Shown here piece by piece: positions 11,942 to 25,548 of a DNA stretch of 64,000 nt (position 1 is the first letter of the stretch; each line of letters opens with the position of its first letter). Under the pieces are notes generated by a model. That model was not told the origin of the DNA. It did no database searches and saw only the letters and a program-made list of their open reading frames with translations. Source of the DNA: Lingula anatina. Taxonomy: Eukaryota; Animalia; Brachiopoda. Location of the stretch: NCBI GenBank assembly GCA_051362555.1, contig CM120645.1:11780001-11844000 (forward strand). The letters run 5' to 3'. The position numbers and the translations under genes were made by a program.

Positions 11942-12544
11942 CACTCTGTCACATTTCCCAGACATAATATCCCTTATTTAATCTTGTTGTTGAACTCCAA
12001 GTAAACAATAGGCGTGTGTCCGTTTCTCCGATATATATCTTACATTGATAACGATATAACACTTGAATATATTAGTAACTTAGTAATTTTACCAATTAGT
12101 CACTTCATTAGTGATTTCAAGAATGTTTTCATCCTGATATTGATAAGGACGACCCGAGCAATACGTGAGGTTAGGTAATCTTAAACCATGCAGCGAGGGC
12201 AAAATCGCGCCAAGACCGATCCCCCAGCGCGTGGGCATGTGCTCGCCAACCCTTCATATATCCAGAACTGTCGACATACTGCGTACTTCTGCAGACTCAG
12301 TCAAATACGGTATTCACCAGGACTTTTCAAGGTTTGTGTGTGCTTCTTCTTGTAGTAAATAGTTTTATTATTACAACTTTTTGCCTTCAGTAATTGAACA
12401 ATAACGACTTACATTTTGCATTTGACTTCTATGATAAATCTGCCAAAAATCTGAATTTTAAAACAGAAACAGTACTAATTCTAATTGTGTTTAATCGGCT
12501 ATTATATCATTTTTCAGCAGGTTTGTTCTGCCCATTCCGTTACC

Positions 12545-13290
12545 ATGAAGTTTTTGATCCTCATTGCTTTGGTTACCGTGGCAACAGCTAAACCAGCTGA
12601 GAATTCCATGCAGCGTCTTGGTAAGTAGACCTAATAATAAATAATCAAGTAAAGGATTTCACTTGGTGTCAACAACAAGTTTCTCTTGACTATTTCAGTA
12701 ATTACTAAGAAGAATCTAAAAAACCACTTGGGTGATGGCTTATGTAAAAATTTCCCAATTTTTGGAACGTAGGGTCTCAATAAAGGAATAGTATTTGAAA
12801 AGTCAAAAAAAGTATATACATCAATGCCTTTCCTCCAACAATTAACCCACTTTTTTGCATTACAAAAAAGAAAGTTTTATTTCCACATCTAATCACAGTC
12901 TCACCAAAATTTATTTTAAAGATAAGGGCACTTTATGAATTATCATCATGACTGTATGCTCGCTTTTTTGCAGCCCGCTCTCTGGCTGAAGATGAGGTAA
13001 TGAAGAGGGGTGTCCTCAATGACGTACTTCAAGCTATCTGCATTCCCGTCATGGATTCTGTGATTGGTCTGGTCAATGGTGGATGTGCCGCACTGGCCGC
13101 TTCTGCCGAAAAGAAATGCAACGAGCTTGCTGACCAGTACCTTGGCAACTTCCTCTCTGGTGTGTTCTCTGCCCCTGTTGCAAATATGTGTAAAAACTTG
13201 GCCGATATCGTCATCAAAGAGTGCGAGAAAGGAACCGTGCAAAACTACGCCAGCGGTGTATGCGCCACACTTGCCAACAAAATCGGCTAA
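12545..13290 (+). CDS. Secreted six-Cys prepropeptide, intact copy F
   Basis: Exons 12545-12620 (MKFLILIALVTVATAKPAENSMQRL) and 12974-13290 (...KR/GVLNDVLQAIC...CATLANKIG*). TATA is degenerate (catatatcc). Confidence 0.88.
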
Positions 13291-15429
13291 AGGAACTTTT
13301 TGTAAATTCCCTCTCCCGAATATAAATGCAAGAAAGACCGAAAAATATTGATGATTTGCACAACTTACACAATTATTTCAATGCGCGTTGTTCAGTGTAT
13401 GGGTGTGTGTGTGTGCACGCACGTGTGTGATTTTCTGTGATAGAGATAATTCTTATTTACTTATCATATATTATTTATGATCCAAAAAATATGAGAAGGC
13501 CCATGCAGATGATGATTTAATGCATACATAAAGCTTAAATAAAATGTATCTGGTTCTCATATTTACAACAATTTAATAATTTAAATTCTTATCATTTATT
13601 TTTTCATCATGCTACAGTTGGAATTTTACGTAGTACCTACTGTTGGCCAAATAATAATGCATCACTGTATCCCAATAATGCAGTTGACCTGACAGTATTT
13701 TCATTGTCGCATATCAAAGTTGGTCAGCTGGACAATATGTCGATAACCCGCCGGCGACATTAACCGGTGTCAAAATGCACCATACGTTTATTTAGCTTTT
13801 TACATGTTTCTTTAATGTAAATGTGACGATGATATTGACTTTATGTTACTGATTACGCGAGGTAAAACTTCTCTTTATTGTCACTTCCTTACTACGTTAT
13901 CTACATTTTCTTCCTCTCCCTTCAACCTCCTGCATTGTACTCCCTAAAACCTCTTACATCGTTCTCATTAGTGAACATTAAATTCTGCGCTAAAGTATGA
14001 CGAGGTCATGTCAATCAACTCAAATTACTCTACAAAACACTCCCACTCCTTACTCACTCGTGGCTGTCAATTACTAACAATACATAAATTATTTGTTTAG
14101 ATATTTGTGCAAAATAAATAAATAATGAATAATTTGTTTTTTGAGCATCGCATTGGTCTTAACCGTATCGTATCGTAACCTTAACAGTACGTGTCCAACC
14201 GGTACGGTGCTAAATGGACAATTAATAGGGCATCTTCCCTGTAGTAACAACGGAAATACATTTAAACGTTTTCCCAATGAGAACCGAAACTCATTTAGTC
14301 TCATAAAATATGTATGAACAATTATTTGGAAATGACTGATTAAATCGAAAGCAAGAAGTGCTCCCAATTCTGAAATCCAAAGCAAGAGGGCCTATACATG
14401 TATAGACAAAGCATTAAACCTAAATTCGGTTTTATTAATCCAGTATAGTACGGTAGTCCTCCAACTAAACGAATTATTGTTAGTATTTAAGAAAACTTTC
14501 TAGAAAAAAAAACAATTTACTAGTACCAGTATGTTTGAAGATGCCTACAATACATGTTTAAAAGTTATAGGAATGACAACTCTTCATTTTGGCGGGAATT
14601 TGCTGGGGCAAAGGTCAATTTTCCATACGTTCCAATGGTAAATGGATCCGTTCTAATATTGAAAGTTACTGTTTCTTGATTTTTGTCATTTTTAAGTGCG
14701 GTTATAATCTCTTGAGAGATTATTACGGAGTGTGGCCATCTACAGGTATGGAGTTCAAGGTGGTCTGATTTTTTCATAATAAAATGGAATGACTTATATT
14801 TCTATGTGTTGCTTAATGTATTGGTTGAGAAATGTTGACACACATATGAAGAGTTGTCTTAAGTCTGGGCATTAGTCCATTTTTGTGAAAGCGATAATGT
14901 CTGCGTGTCTGAGCAATTATAAGGTGGTCTGTCTGTTTGACCTCACCGTGACCTCGCTGAACATGCGGGCAAGGAGTTATAACTCCTTGATTTACACACA
15001 CACCTAAGAAGCAAGCAGTTCATTTTTACACATACACCTAAGAAGCAAGAATTTAGTCATACAAAAGAGGACATAAAAATGTAAGTTTCATTTACTTGTA
15101 CTTTATATAATTGTCATTATCACTATTAAATTTATATGGAGTTAAATTTTGGTTTTGGGTATGTATATTGTGGTTTTTACAAGTAAAATTTGGGTGTGGA
15201 CACGTGGATAATTTCAAAAGTAGTGTGTCATTTTTCTTTATTATTCAATGTATTCACTTTATTAATATTTATTTATCTGTTTATTTTTTATATCTATATA
15301 TAATGTGCTCTAGGGTTTCTAGGGTTTCAGTTATTTAAGCATTTTTTATTATTTTACAGATTTGAACCATACATACATAAGTACAGTCACACAAGTTTGT
15401 GTAAAGAGACAATAAATCAAATAAATAAA

Positions 15430-15552
15430 TCTAAACCTGTTGCAGACATGTGCCAAAACTTGGCCGATATCGTCATCATCGAGTGCAAGAAAGGAACCGT
15501 GCAAAACTACGCCAGCGGTGTATGCGCCGCACTTGCCAGCAAAATGGGCTAA
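15430..15552 (+). pseudogene. Peptide family 3' half (copy G)
   Basis: Encodes SKPVADMCQNLADIVIIECKKGTVQNYASGVCAALASKMG* plus the family 3' UTR. The 5' half is replaced by unrelated AT-rich sequence. Confidence 0.85.
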
Positions 15553-15662
15553 ATGAACTTTTTTTGTAAATTTCCTGAGCCAAAAATAAATGGAAGAAAG
15601 ACAAAAAGAAATATATTGATGATTTGCAAAACTTACACACTTATTTCAGTGCGTGTTAGCAA

Positions 15663-15694
<32 letters not shown>

Positions 15695-15718
15695 GGGGGG
15701 AGAGAGAGAGAAAGAGAC

Positions 15719-15764
<46 letters not shown>

Positions 15765-15964
15765 TTAATTATCTCGTCATATATTATTTGTGATCCGGAA
15801 AAATATGAGGAAGTTCATGCAGATTGTGTATTGATGCACACATAAAGATTAAATATTTCAAGCGATGAAACGTATCTGGTTCTCATATTAATAATTTAAG
15901 TTCTTCTCATTTATTTTATCGTCATTTGGACCCTACAGTTTGGAATTTTACGTACCTACCGGTA

Positions 15965-16236
15965 AGCCTAGATTACTTTTACACGGGCGCCGTACTATAA
16001 AATTGTCCATACTATTTATTTATTTATTTTATTATTATCATTATTATTATTATTATTTCTTTTTTTTTTGAAATCGTAAGAAGCTACGGCCTACGCCGAG
16101 TATGTCTACATTACATGGCCTTAAATCCGATTTAGCACGGCCACCGTCTACCTCCGCTCAGACGCCGTACGAAAAGGGTGTTACGGGCTGTATACGTGCA
16201 CCGTAAGGGCATTGCATTTCAAATGTAATCTAAGCT
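15965..16236. mobile_element. MITE-like insertion
   Basis: TIRs agcctagattac / gtaatctaagct. Interrupts the motif tacctaccgttggaaatacgaaa that is continuous in paralogous spacers. Confidence 0.6.
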
Positions 16237-17850
16237 TTAGAAATACGAAAAAAATAATGCATCTCAAGCGCGCTGCAGTAGACCCAACAGTATTTTCATT
16301 GTCGCGTAAGAGAATACGACGATAACCCACGAGCGACAATAACCGGTGGCAAAACGCACCATACGTTTGTTCAAATAGCTTTTTATACGTTTCTTTTATC
16401 TAAATTACTTATTCAGATATTAGTGTAAAATTAATAAATAAATAAAGCATTGTTTTAGCATTGTATCGGTCTACCTACTTTAACCGTACGCATCCAACTG
16501 GCGCCTTGTTCAGTTTTTTAGGGCATTTTCCCTGTAAGGAACAGTAGACGTCAACAGTGGGAAAATATATTTAAACGTTTTCCCAATAAGAAATGAAACT
16601 ACATTAGTCGCATAAAAGATGTATGAGCAATTCTTTAGAAAAGAATGATTAAATCAAAACAAGCAGTTCTCGCCATTGTGAAAACCAAAACATTTAGGCC
16701 TATATAGATACAGCATTATACCCAAAATTCATTAATTTTTATTAATCCAGTATAATACAGTAGTCCTCCAAATAAATGACTCTTCGACCCTGTTTTAGAA
16801 AACTTTCCAGAAATACAAAAACCATTTACTAGTACAAGTATGCTTGAGGGTGACATCATTATTGGTCTTAAAGTTATAGGGATGACAAATTCCATAAAAC
16901 GGATTTTACTGGGGCAAGGGTCAATTGCCCGATACGTTCCAATGGTAAATGGATCCGTTCTGATATTCAAAGTTACTGTTACTCGATTTTTTTTAAGTGC
17001 GCTTTTTATAATCCCTTAACAGAGTATTGCAGAGTGAGGCCATCTAAGAAGTTCAAGGTGATCTGATGGCAAGCACGGATTCTATAATAATTTTGAGAAC
17101 CTTTTTTCAGTGATAAAATATAACTATACTTATATTCCTATGTGCCGCTTGTGAAAATTTGAAACAAATATGAAATGTTGTTTTTCCCTTAAGCCTGGGC
17201 ATAAGTCCTTTTTTTTTTTGGAAAACGTAATATTCTGCGTGTCTTGGCAGTTATAAGGTGGTCTGTCCTTTTGACCTCACCGTGACCTCGCTGAATATCC
17301 TGGTACAACTGCATGAATATTCGGTTTTGTTGACTTTGAAATAGCAACTATTAAATGATAAATTCAAATTCATTTAATTTTTATTTCCAGAAGTTTATAA
17401 GGCTGTTATATAATATTATGTGTCCTGAATGTAATTTGTTTTATTATATAAATGTGTGGGTTAAATGTCTTCAGGATGTAATTAGTATACAGGTCAAGTT
17501 AAGGAAGTCAGTTTGTATAAATTCACACTAGGTAACATGATTAAATGAGAAGCCAGATTTTTTATTAATGGAACATCCACTTCAGCTAGATTTAGGAATG
17601 GTCTTTTGCCTTGAAACTATATAATCCACCTTGATCAATCAGTTTAAATTATCAACCTTTTGTCTACTGGTAGAAGTCATTTAGAACTCAGTCTTGAGGT
17701 CTCCTCTATCATACGTGTAATCAAATTAAAGTGGCCACTCCAGCAACCCACCTGGCTGGGAAGCCAACGTAATGTAATAGTATATGTGAAGGTATATAAA
17801 GATAGATGTAACTGTAGGGGTCGGTAGTCAATAGTCAGTACTTAGAGAGG

Positions 17851-18101
17851 ACACCCCTGTCATCGTCTCTGTGATTGGTCTGACCAATGGCGCATGTGCC
17901 GTACTGTCCGCTACTGCCGACAGCACCTGTACACAGCTTGCTGACCAGTACCTTGGCAGCTTCCTTTCTGGTCTGATTCTATCCCTGATGCATCCGTGTA
18001 CTCTAACTTGGCCAAACTCGCCGTCAACGAGAGTAACTATGGAAATGTGTAAATATTCGCCGGCAGCGTGTATGGCCAACTCGCTAACGTCGTCGGTTTG
18101 A
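17851..18101 (+). pseudogene. Peptide family pseudogene (copy H, 5'-truncated, frameshifted)
   Basis: VIGLTNGACAVLSATADSTCTQLADQYLGSFLSGL followed by a frameshift. Same 5' junction as copies E and L. Confidence 0.82.
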
Positions 18102-18792
18102 TAACTGTTTATTCGTGTGAAGTTTTTATAGGTATTTATGGCGCGGAAGTAAACTATTATATTTCAATACCTATCTTTTCTGCTTCTATTACGATTGACA
18201 TCAAATAAAGGTATCTAAGAGAGAGAGAGAGAGAGAGAGAGAGAGCACTATGTCACCGTTCACATATATAACATCCCTTATTTAATCTTGTTTTATTCTA
18301 GGCAAGCATCATTTTGATAACGATATGAACATTTGGGTTTATTACTTACTTAGTAATTTTACCAATTAGTTACTTTATTTATTATTACGTGAATGTGTTG
18401 ACCCAAATATTGATAAGGACGACACGAACAGTACGTGAGGTTAAGAAATTTCATGCAAACGAGGGCAAAATCGTGCCAAACCCGATCCCCCAGCGCGTGG
18501 GCATGTGCTCGCTAACCCTTTATATAGCTATAACTGACGGCATAATGCAAACTTCGGCGGACTCAGTCAACTACAGCATTAACCAGAGCTTTTAGGTTGG
18601 TCTGTGCTTCTTCTTGGTGTGAGTAGTGTAATTATGGCAACTTCTTGCCTTAAATAATCGGAAACCCATAGCGACGTATTTTTTGCACTTTCGATAAGAC
18701 CTACCAAAATTTATTCTAATGCGGCAAGGATTTTGTTTTCAATCAGCTTTCATATTATTTATCAACAGGTTTGTTCAACCCATTCCCTTACC

Positions 18793-19670
18793 ATGAAGTT
18801 TTTGATCCTAGTTGCTTTGTTTGCCGTGGCAACGGCTAAACCAGCTGAGAACTCCATTGAGCGTCTTGGTAAGTAGACCTTAATTTTTATGTTGGTCCCT
18901 TAAATAATAAAATCAATTATTTCACTTGGTGTCGAAAATTTTCTCCAGATAATTTGAATAATTACTTACGAACAAATCACTTAATAGCCATTTTGAGATA
19001 TGGTTAACGGAAAAACTCCCAATTTGGGAAACGACGAGTCTAAATAAAAGAACAATATTTGAAAGTAAAAAAAATTGTATTCACCAATCAATTTCCTTAT
19101 ACAATTAACCCACTTGTCTTTGCATTACAAAAAAGAAAGTTGTTTTCTTTTTGTTTCCACGTTCTGGTGTTTTTTCTAATTAATTTTTTTATTTATTTTC
19201 ATCCTTTTTAACTATTCAGGAATTTCAAGAATATATATTTCAGGAATACACCTGTTTAGCTTTTAATTTAAACGTAAACCTTAGCAAAAATGAATTAAAA
19301 GATAAGGGATTTTTATGACATATCATCATGGGTGTGTGCCCATTTTTTCGCAGCCCGCTCTCTGGCTGAAGACGAGGTTATGAAGAGGGGCATCTTAAAT
19401 GACGTAGTTGCTGCCATCTGCGTTCCGGTCATGAACTCCGTGATCGGTCTGACCAATGGTACATGTGCCATAGTGTCCGCTACAGCCGACAGCACCTGCA
19501 TACAGCTTGCTGACCAGTACCTTGGCAACTTCCTCTCTGGTCTGTTCTCTAAACCTGTTGCAGACATGTGCAAAAACTTGGCCGATCTCGTCATCATCGA
19601 GTGCGACAAAGGAACCGTGCAAAACTACGCCAGCGGTGTATGCGCCATACTTGCCAGCAAAATCGGCTAA
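18793..19670 (+). CDS. Secreted six-Cys prepropeptide, intact copy I
   Basis: Exons 18793-18868 (MKFLILVALFAVATAKPAENSIERL) and 19354-19670 (...KR/GILNDVVAAIC...CAILASKIG*). TATA at ~18520. Confidence 0.9.
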
Positions 19671-19981
19671 ATGAACTTTTTGTAAATTTTCTGAGCCAAA
19701 AATAAATGGACGAAATACAAAAAGAAATATATCGATGGTTTGCACAACTTACACATGGTAATCAATGTGTGTGTGTGTGTATGTGTTTGTGTGCGCGTGA
19801 AAGAAAGAGAAAGAGAGAGAGAGAGAGAGGATTTTAATTATCCATTATATATTATTTGTGATCCGGAAAAATATGAGGAGGTCCATTCAGATAATGTTTT
19901 ATGCACACGTAAAGGTTAAATATTTCTAGCGATAGAACGTACCTGGTTCTCAGATTAGTAATTAAAATTCTTAGCATTAAT

Positions 19982-20095
19982 TTTATCGTCATTTGGACGC
20001 TAAAGTTTGGATATACGCAGTATCTACCGTTGGAAATATTTATCGTCATTTGGACGCTAAAGTTTGGATATACGCAGTATCTACCGTTGGAAATA
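19982..20095. repeat. 57-bp tandem duplication
   Basis: tttatcgtcatttggacgctaaagtttggatatacgcagtatctaccgttggaaata, present twice. Confidence 0.9.
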
Positions 20096-22057
20096 CGAAA
20101 ATAATAATGCATTGCTGATGCACTGCAGTTGACCCAACAGTATTTTCATTTTTTAATTCCAATGCTTCAAGGATTTTGTGTTCAATAGGCTTATATATAA
20201 TTTTTAACAGGTTTGTTCTGCACATTCAGCTAGCGTAAAGGTTTTGATTCAAGTTGCTTTGGTTACCGTGGCAACCGTGGCATTGCCGCGTATCAACGTT
20301 GGTCGGCTGGACAATATGACGATAACGCACCGGCAACAATAACCGGTTGCAAAACGCACCATACGTTTAATTGTCAAATAGCTTTTCACCCGTTTCTTTT
20401 ATCTAAATTGCTAATTCAGATGTCAGTGCAAAAATAAAATAAAATGAATAAATAAATAAACATTTGTTTTTTAAGCATCGTATTGGTTTATGTACCTTTT
20501 AACCGTACGCATCAAACTGGCGCCATGTTAAATGTACAATTTATAGGACATCTTCCCTGTAAGTGGCGTCAACAAAGGGAAGTATATTTAAACGTTTCCC
20601 TAATGAGAGCTGAAACTCCTTTAGTCTCATAAAAGATGTATAAACAATTATTTGGAAAAGAATGAATAAATCAAAAGCAAGCAGTACTAGCCATGGTGAA
20701 ATCCAAACCATGTAGGCCTATATATTTCCCTGTATATAATTCCCTGTATAGACGCAGCATTACATACAGATTTCAGTCTTAATCCAGTATAATAGAGTAG
20801 TCCACCAATTAAAAGAATTATTGTTTCTGTTTTAGAAATCTTTCTAGAATAAAGAAACGATTTAATAGCACCAGTATGTTTGATGATGACTACAACATTA
20901 GTCTAAAAGTAATAGCAATGACAACTCTTCATTTTGGCGGGTAAGTGCCATAAAACGGATTTTGCTGGGTCAAAGATCAATTTCCTATATGTTCCAATGG
21001 TTTTTGACATTCAAAATAGCTAGGTAACTTTTTTTAAGTGAGAGATTGTTACAAAGTGTGGCCATCTATGAAGTTCAGGGATGTCTGATGGCAAGCGCAA
21101 ATTCTATGATAATTTCGAAAACTTTTTTTCAGTGATAAAATGGAATGACTTATATTTCTGTGTTGCTCACAATGTATTGATTGTGAAATTTTAGAACACA
21201 TATGAAGAGTTGTTATCCACTTAATTCCGGGCATTAGTCCATTTTTGTGAAAACGATTACTGGTGTGCGTGTCTGGGCAGTTATAAAGGGGTCTGTCCAT
21301 TTGACCTTACCGTGACCTCGCTGAACGTGTGTGTGGCAACTGCCATCTGATGTTAGGGGCCTTTAAAATAGTATGCAAAATTAAAGTACAATAATTTTGT
21401 TACAGTGCTTCAGCAGACCTTATGACCAGGTTGTGGGTAACAACAGTCTGGTGGTGCGTGAATCCTATAAGCTCAGGGGATTTTTTTTCATCTTTGTGAA
21501 TCAGTTCGTTGCGCACATGCCAAATGGATAAATTCACACCGCCCACAAATGGTCGTTTGGTGACACGGCACGTGACAACATTTGTACAAAGTCCGCAAAG
21601 CCATGCTGTAGCAGATGGTACCACCATGCTGATCACCTAAATTGCTTTCTGTGTTCCATTCAACGTGTTTACACGTTGCTGTAGATAGGGATCTGTTATT
21701 TTCCGTATGAAATCGTTTTTCACAATACTGGTATCTAAAAGGGTTTTAGGATATAATATTGTGACAGAAAAAAACGTAAATCACTATTCTAATTAGTGTC
21801 ATCAACAATCTCTTTTTATAACATCAAAGATACACCTTATAATTGCAAAACTGTAACTCACCTTTTTTCCGTCATTTTTTGTTAAGATAATGCTCTTTTC
21901 TTGGAATTGCTTAAAATCGTATACTTAGGCAGTATTTCCGACCAGTTCAACTTAAAACAGAAAGATTCACGATGATTCAATTCCATTATCGGTACGTTTA
22001 ATTCACCATCAAATCAAAATATTCTGTTTCACTCAGGCTTGTTTGTTCTAACCCTTA

Positions 22058-22282
22058 GGGTGCATTCCCAGAGATTTAGATCGATCAACAGATTTAGATT
22101 TATATCTACCTAACTGCCTGGGGGTTCACACTAAATTGCAGTCAGCCGAGCGCGCACCATAGTTAATTACCCCCTTGCAGCTTTTAGTAGGCGGGACAGC
22201 CGCTTAAGCCGGCTAAGCTGACAGTAATCTAGCGAGACTCCCCACAGGGATAGATCGATCTAAAATCTATGGGAATGGGGTC
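22058..22282. mobile_element. PIF/Harbinger-like MITE
   Basis: tta|gggtgcattcccagagatttagatcgatc ... gatcgatctaaaatctatgggaatggggtc|taa. Imperfect TIRs with TTA/TAA flanks. Confidence 0.55.
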
Positions 22283-23253
22283 TAAGTGTGTATGTACGCG
22301 TGCGCACGTGTGTGTGTGTGAGAGAGAATTCTAATGTTCTCATATATTATTTGTGAAAAAATATGAGCAGGTACATGCAGATGATGTTTTAATGTATATG
22401 TAAAAGTTAAAAATATTAAGCAATAAAATGTACCTGGTTCTTAGATTTTCAACATGTTAATGATTCAAATCCTTATCATTCATTTAATCATCAGTGCAAT
22501 ATACAGTACAGCTTGGTATTTTACGTAGTACCTACCGTTGGCAATACGATATTAATAATGCATCTGAAGCGCGCTGCAGTTGACCAGACAGAATTTCTAT
22601 TGCCGAGTACCAATGTTGGTCAGCTGGACAATATGACGTTAACCCACCCTTGACATTAAAACCCGTGTCAAACCGCGCGGTTTGTTAAATTAGTCAAACA
22701 GTTTTTTTATATGTTTTTTATGTAAATTACTTTTTCAGATATTTGTGCAAAAATTAAACATACCGTTTTGAGCAAAGTAAATGTTACCAGTTAGTCCCTT
22801 CATCAGTGAATTCGAGAATGCTTTTACCTTTATTTCGATAAGGACGACCACAACAGTACGTGAGGTTAGGAAAACTCAAGTTAACGAGGGCAAAATCGTG
22901 CCAAACCCGATCCCTGGCGCGTGGGCATGTGCTCCCTGACCCTTTATATAGCTAGAACTGACGGCATACAGTGTACTTCGGCGGATTCAGTCAACTACAG
23001 CATTCACCAGAGCTTTAAAGGTTTGTTTGTGCTTCTTCTTGCAAAGAATAGTGTACTTATGACATACTCTTTCCTTCAATAACTGAAACCGATAACAACG
23101 TATAGTTTGTATTTGACGTGTGTGGTAAGATCAACCAAAATTCGGATTTGTCAAACAACACAAAAGAAAATAAATTCTAAGGCTGCGAGGATTTTGTGCT
23201 CAATCGGCTATTGTATCAATTTTCAACAGGTTTGTTCTGCACATTCTGTTACC

Positions 23254-24129
23254 ATGAAGGTTTTGATCCTAGTTGCTTTGGTTGCCGTAGCAACGGCTAA
23301 ACCAGCTGAGAACTCCATTCAGCGTCTTGGTAAGTAGACATACGTTTTTTAAGCTGATTCTCTAATTAATTTTATCAATGATTTCACTTGGTGCCATCAA
23401 CAATTGCCTATTTCAACTTTAAAATAACAACTTTTCTTTAAATAGCCCTTTAAGGTGATAGCTTACGTAAAAATCTCCCAATTTTGGAAACGTGGGGTCT
23501 CAATAAAGGAATAGTAACTTAAAGTCAAATTTATATTTATCAGTTACTTTCTTCCAACAATTAATTCACTTTTCTTTGCACTACAAAAAATAAACTAGTT
23601 TTTTTCTTTTTGACATGTGGCGGCGTTTTTTATTCTTATTTTCTCTTACTCATAAACTATTCAAGAATAATACCTCTTTTGTTTTTTATTCAAAATTAAA
23701 TCTAATCGTAATCTAAGCAAAGATCAAATTTAAATATTAGGGAATTTTATAAAATATCATCATTGATTTTTGCTCATTTTTTCATTGATTTTTGCTCATT
23801 TTTTCGCAGCACGCTCTCTGGCCGAAGACGAGGTCATGAAGAGGGGTATCCTCAGTAACGCAGTTAATGCCATCTGCGTCCCCGTCATGGACTCCGTGAT
23901 CGGTCTGGCCAATGGCGCATGTGCCTTTCTGGATACTGCCGACAGCATCTGCATACAGCTTGCTGACAAGTACCTTGGCAACTTCCTCTCTGGTCTGTTA
24001 TCTGAACCTGTTGCATCCATGTGCCTCAGCTTGGCCAAACTCGCCGTCAACGAGTGCAACAAAGGAACCGTGCAAAACTTAGCCTCCAATGTATGCACCA
24101 AACTTACCGACTTACCTATAATCGGCTAA
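23254..24129 (+). CDS. Secreted six-Cys prepropeptide, intact copy J
   Basis: Exons 23254-23329 (MKVLILVALVAVATAKPAENSIQRL) and 23810-24129 (...KR/GILSNAVNAIC...CTKLTDLPIIG*). TATA at ~22944. Confidence 0.9.
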
Positions 24130-25123
24130 CTGAACTTTTTGGAAATTTCCTGTGCCGAAAGATAAATGCAAGTAGGGCAATAAAATGCTGATGATTTGCA
24201 TAATGTACACAATTACATCAATGCCCGTTACTCAATGTGTTTGTGTGCACGTGTGTGCGTGAGTAAGAGAGAGAGAATTCTAATGTTTTCATCATATATA
24301 TGAGAAGGTCCATGAAAATGATGATTAAATGTATACGTAAAAGTTAAAAATATCAAACAATTAAATATACATGGCTCTCATATTTTGACATTTAAGTGAT
24401 TAAAGTCCCTATCATTTATTTTATCAACAGTACAGTAAGGTAGAGTACATGTATGGTATTTACGTAGTACCTACCATTGGCAATTCGAAAATAACAATAC
24501 ATCTCAAGCACGCTGCAGTTGACCCAACAGAATTTTTATTGCCGCGTACCAATGTTGGTCAGCTGTACAGAATGATGATAACCCACCGGTGTCATTAACC
24601 CTTGTCAAACAGCACGGTACGTTAAATTGGTCAAATAGTTTTTTTTACGTTTTTTTTGTAAATTACTTTTTCAGATATTTGTGCAAAAATTAAACATACC
24701 TTTTTCAGCAAAGTAAACGTTACCAGTAAGTCATTTCATCAGTGCATTCAAAAATACGTTTACCCTTTTTTCGATAAGGACGACCCTAACAGTACGTGAG
24801 GTTAGGAAATCTCAAACAAACGGGAGCAAAATCGTGCCAACACCGATCCCCCGGCGCGTGGGCATGTGCTGACGGCATGATGCGCACTTGGGCGGACTCC
24901 ATCAAATACGGCATTCACCAGAACCTTTTCATGGTTTGTTTCAGCTTCTTCTTTCACTAATTATGACAGGTAATTGTGTATTTTACTTCTGTGATAAGAC
25001 CTACAAGAATTCTGATTATAAAACAAAACAATCTCGATTCTACAGTGTCTTTTGCAAGTTAGCAGATTTCAAATATTGTGGTAAATAAAAGATATATATA
25101 TTGGTGTCTGTCAATTTTTGCAG

Positions 25124-25369
25124 CCCGCTTCCTTGCTGAAGATGAACTCCGTGATCGGTCTAACCAATGGTAGGCCTACATGTGCTGTACTGTCCGCTTC
25201 TGCCGACATCACCTGCATACAGATTGCTGACCAATACCTTAGCAACGTCCTGTCTGGTCTGTTCTTTGCCCCTGTTGCAAAAATGTGGGAAATTTTGTCC
25301 AATCTCGTCATCATCGTGCAAAACTACGCCAGCGGTGTATGCGCCACACTTGCCAGACAAATTGGCTAA
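25124..25369 (+). pseudogene. Peptide family pseudogene (copy K)
   Basis: Acceptor retained, but KR/Cys1 is deleted, Cys4 is replaced by Trp and the Cys5 segment is deleted. The upstream promoter block lacks its TATA and the signal exon is missing. Confidence 0.85.
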
Positions 25370-25482
25370 AGAATTTTTTGAAAATTTCCAGAGCCCAAAA
25401 AATGGAAGAGAGACAAAAGGAAATATATTGATGATTTGCACAACTTACACATTTATTTCAATGCGTGTTAATTATTGTGTGA

Positions 25483-25548
<66 letters not shown>

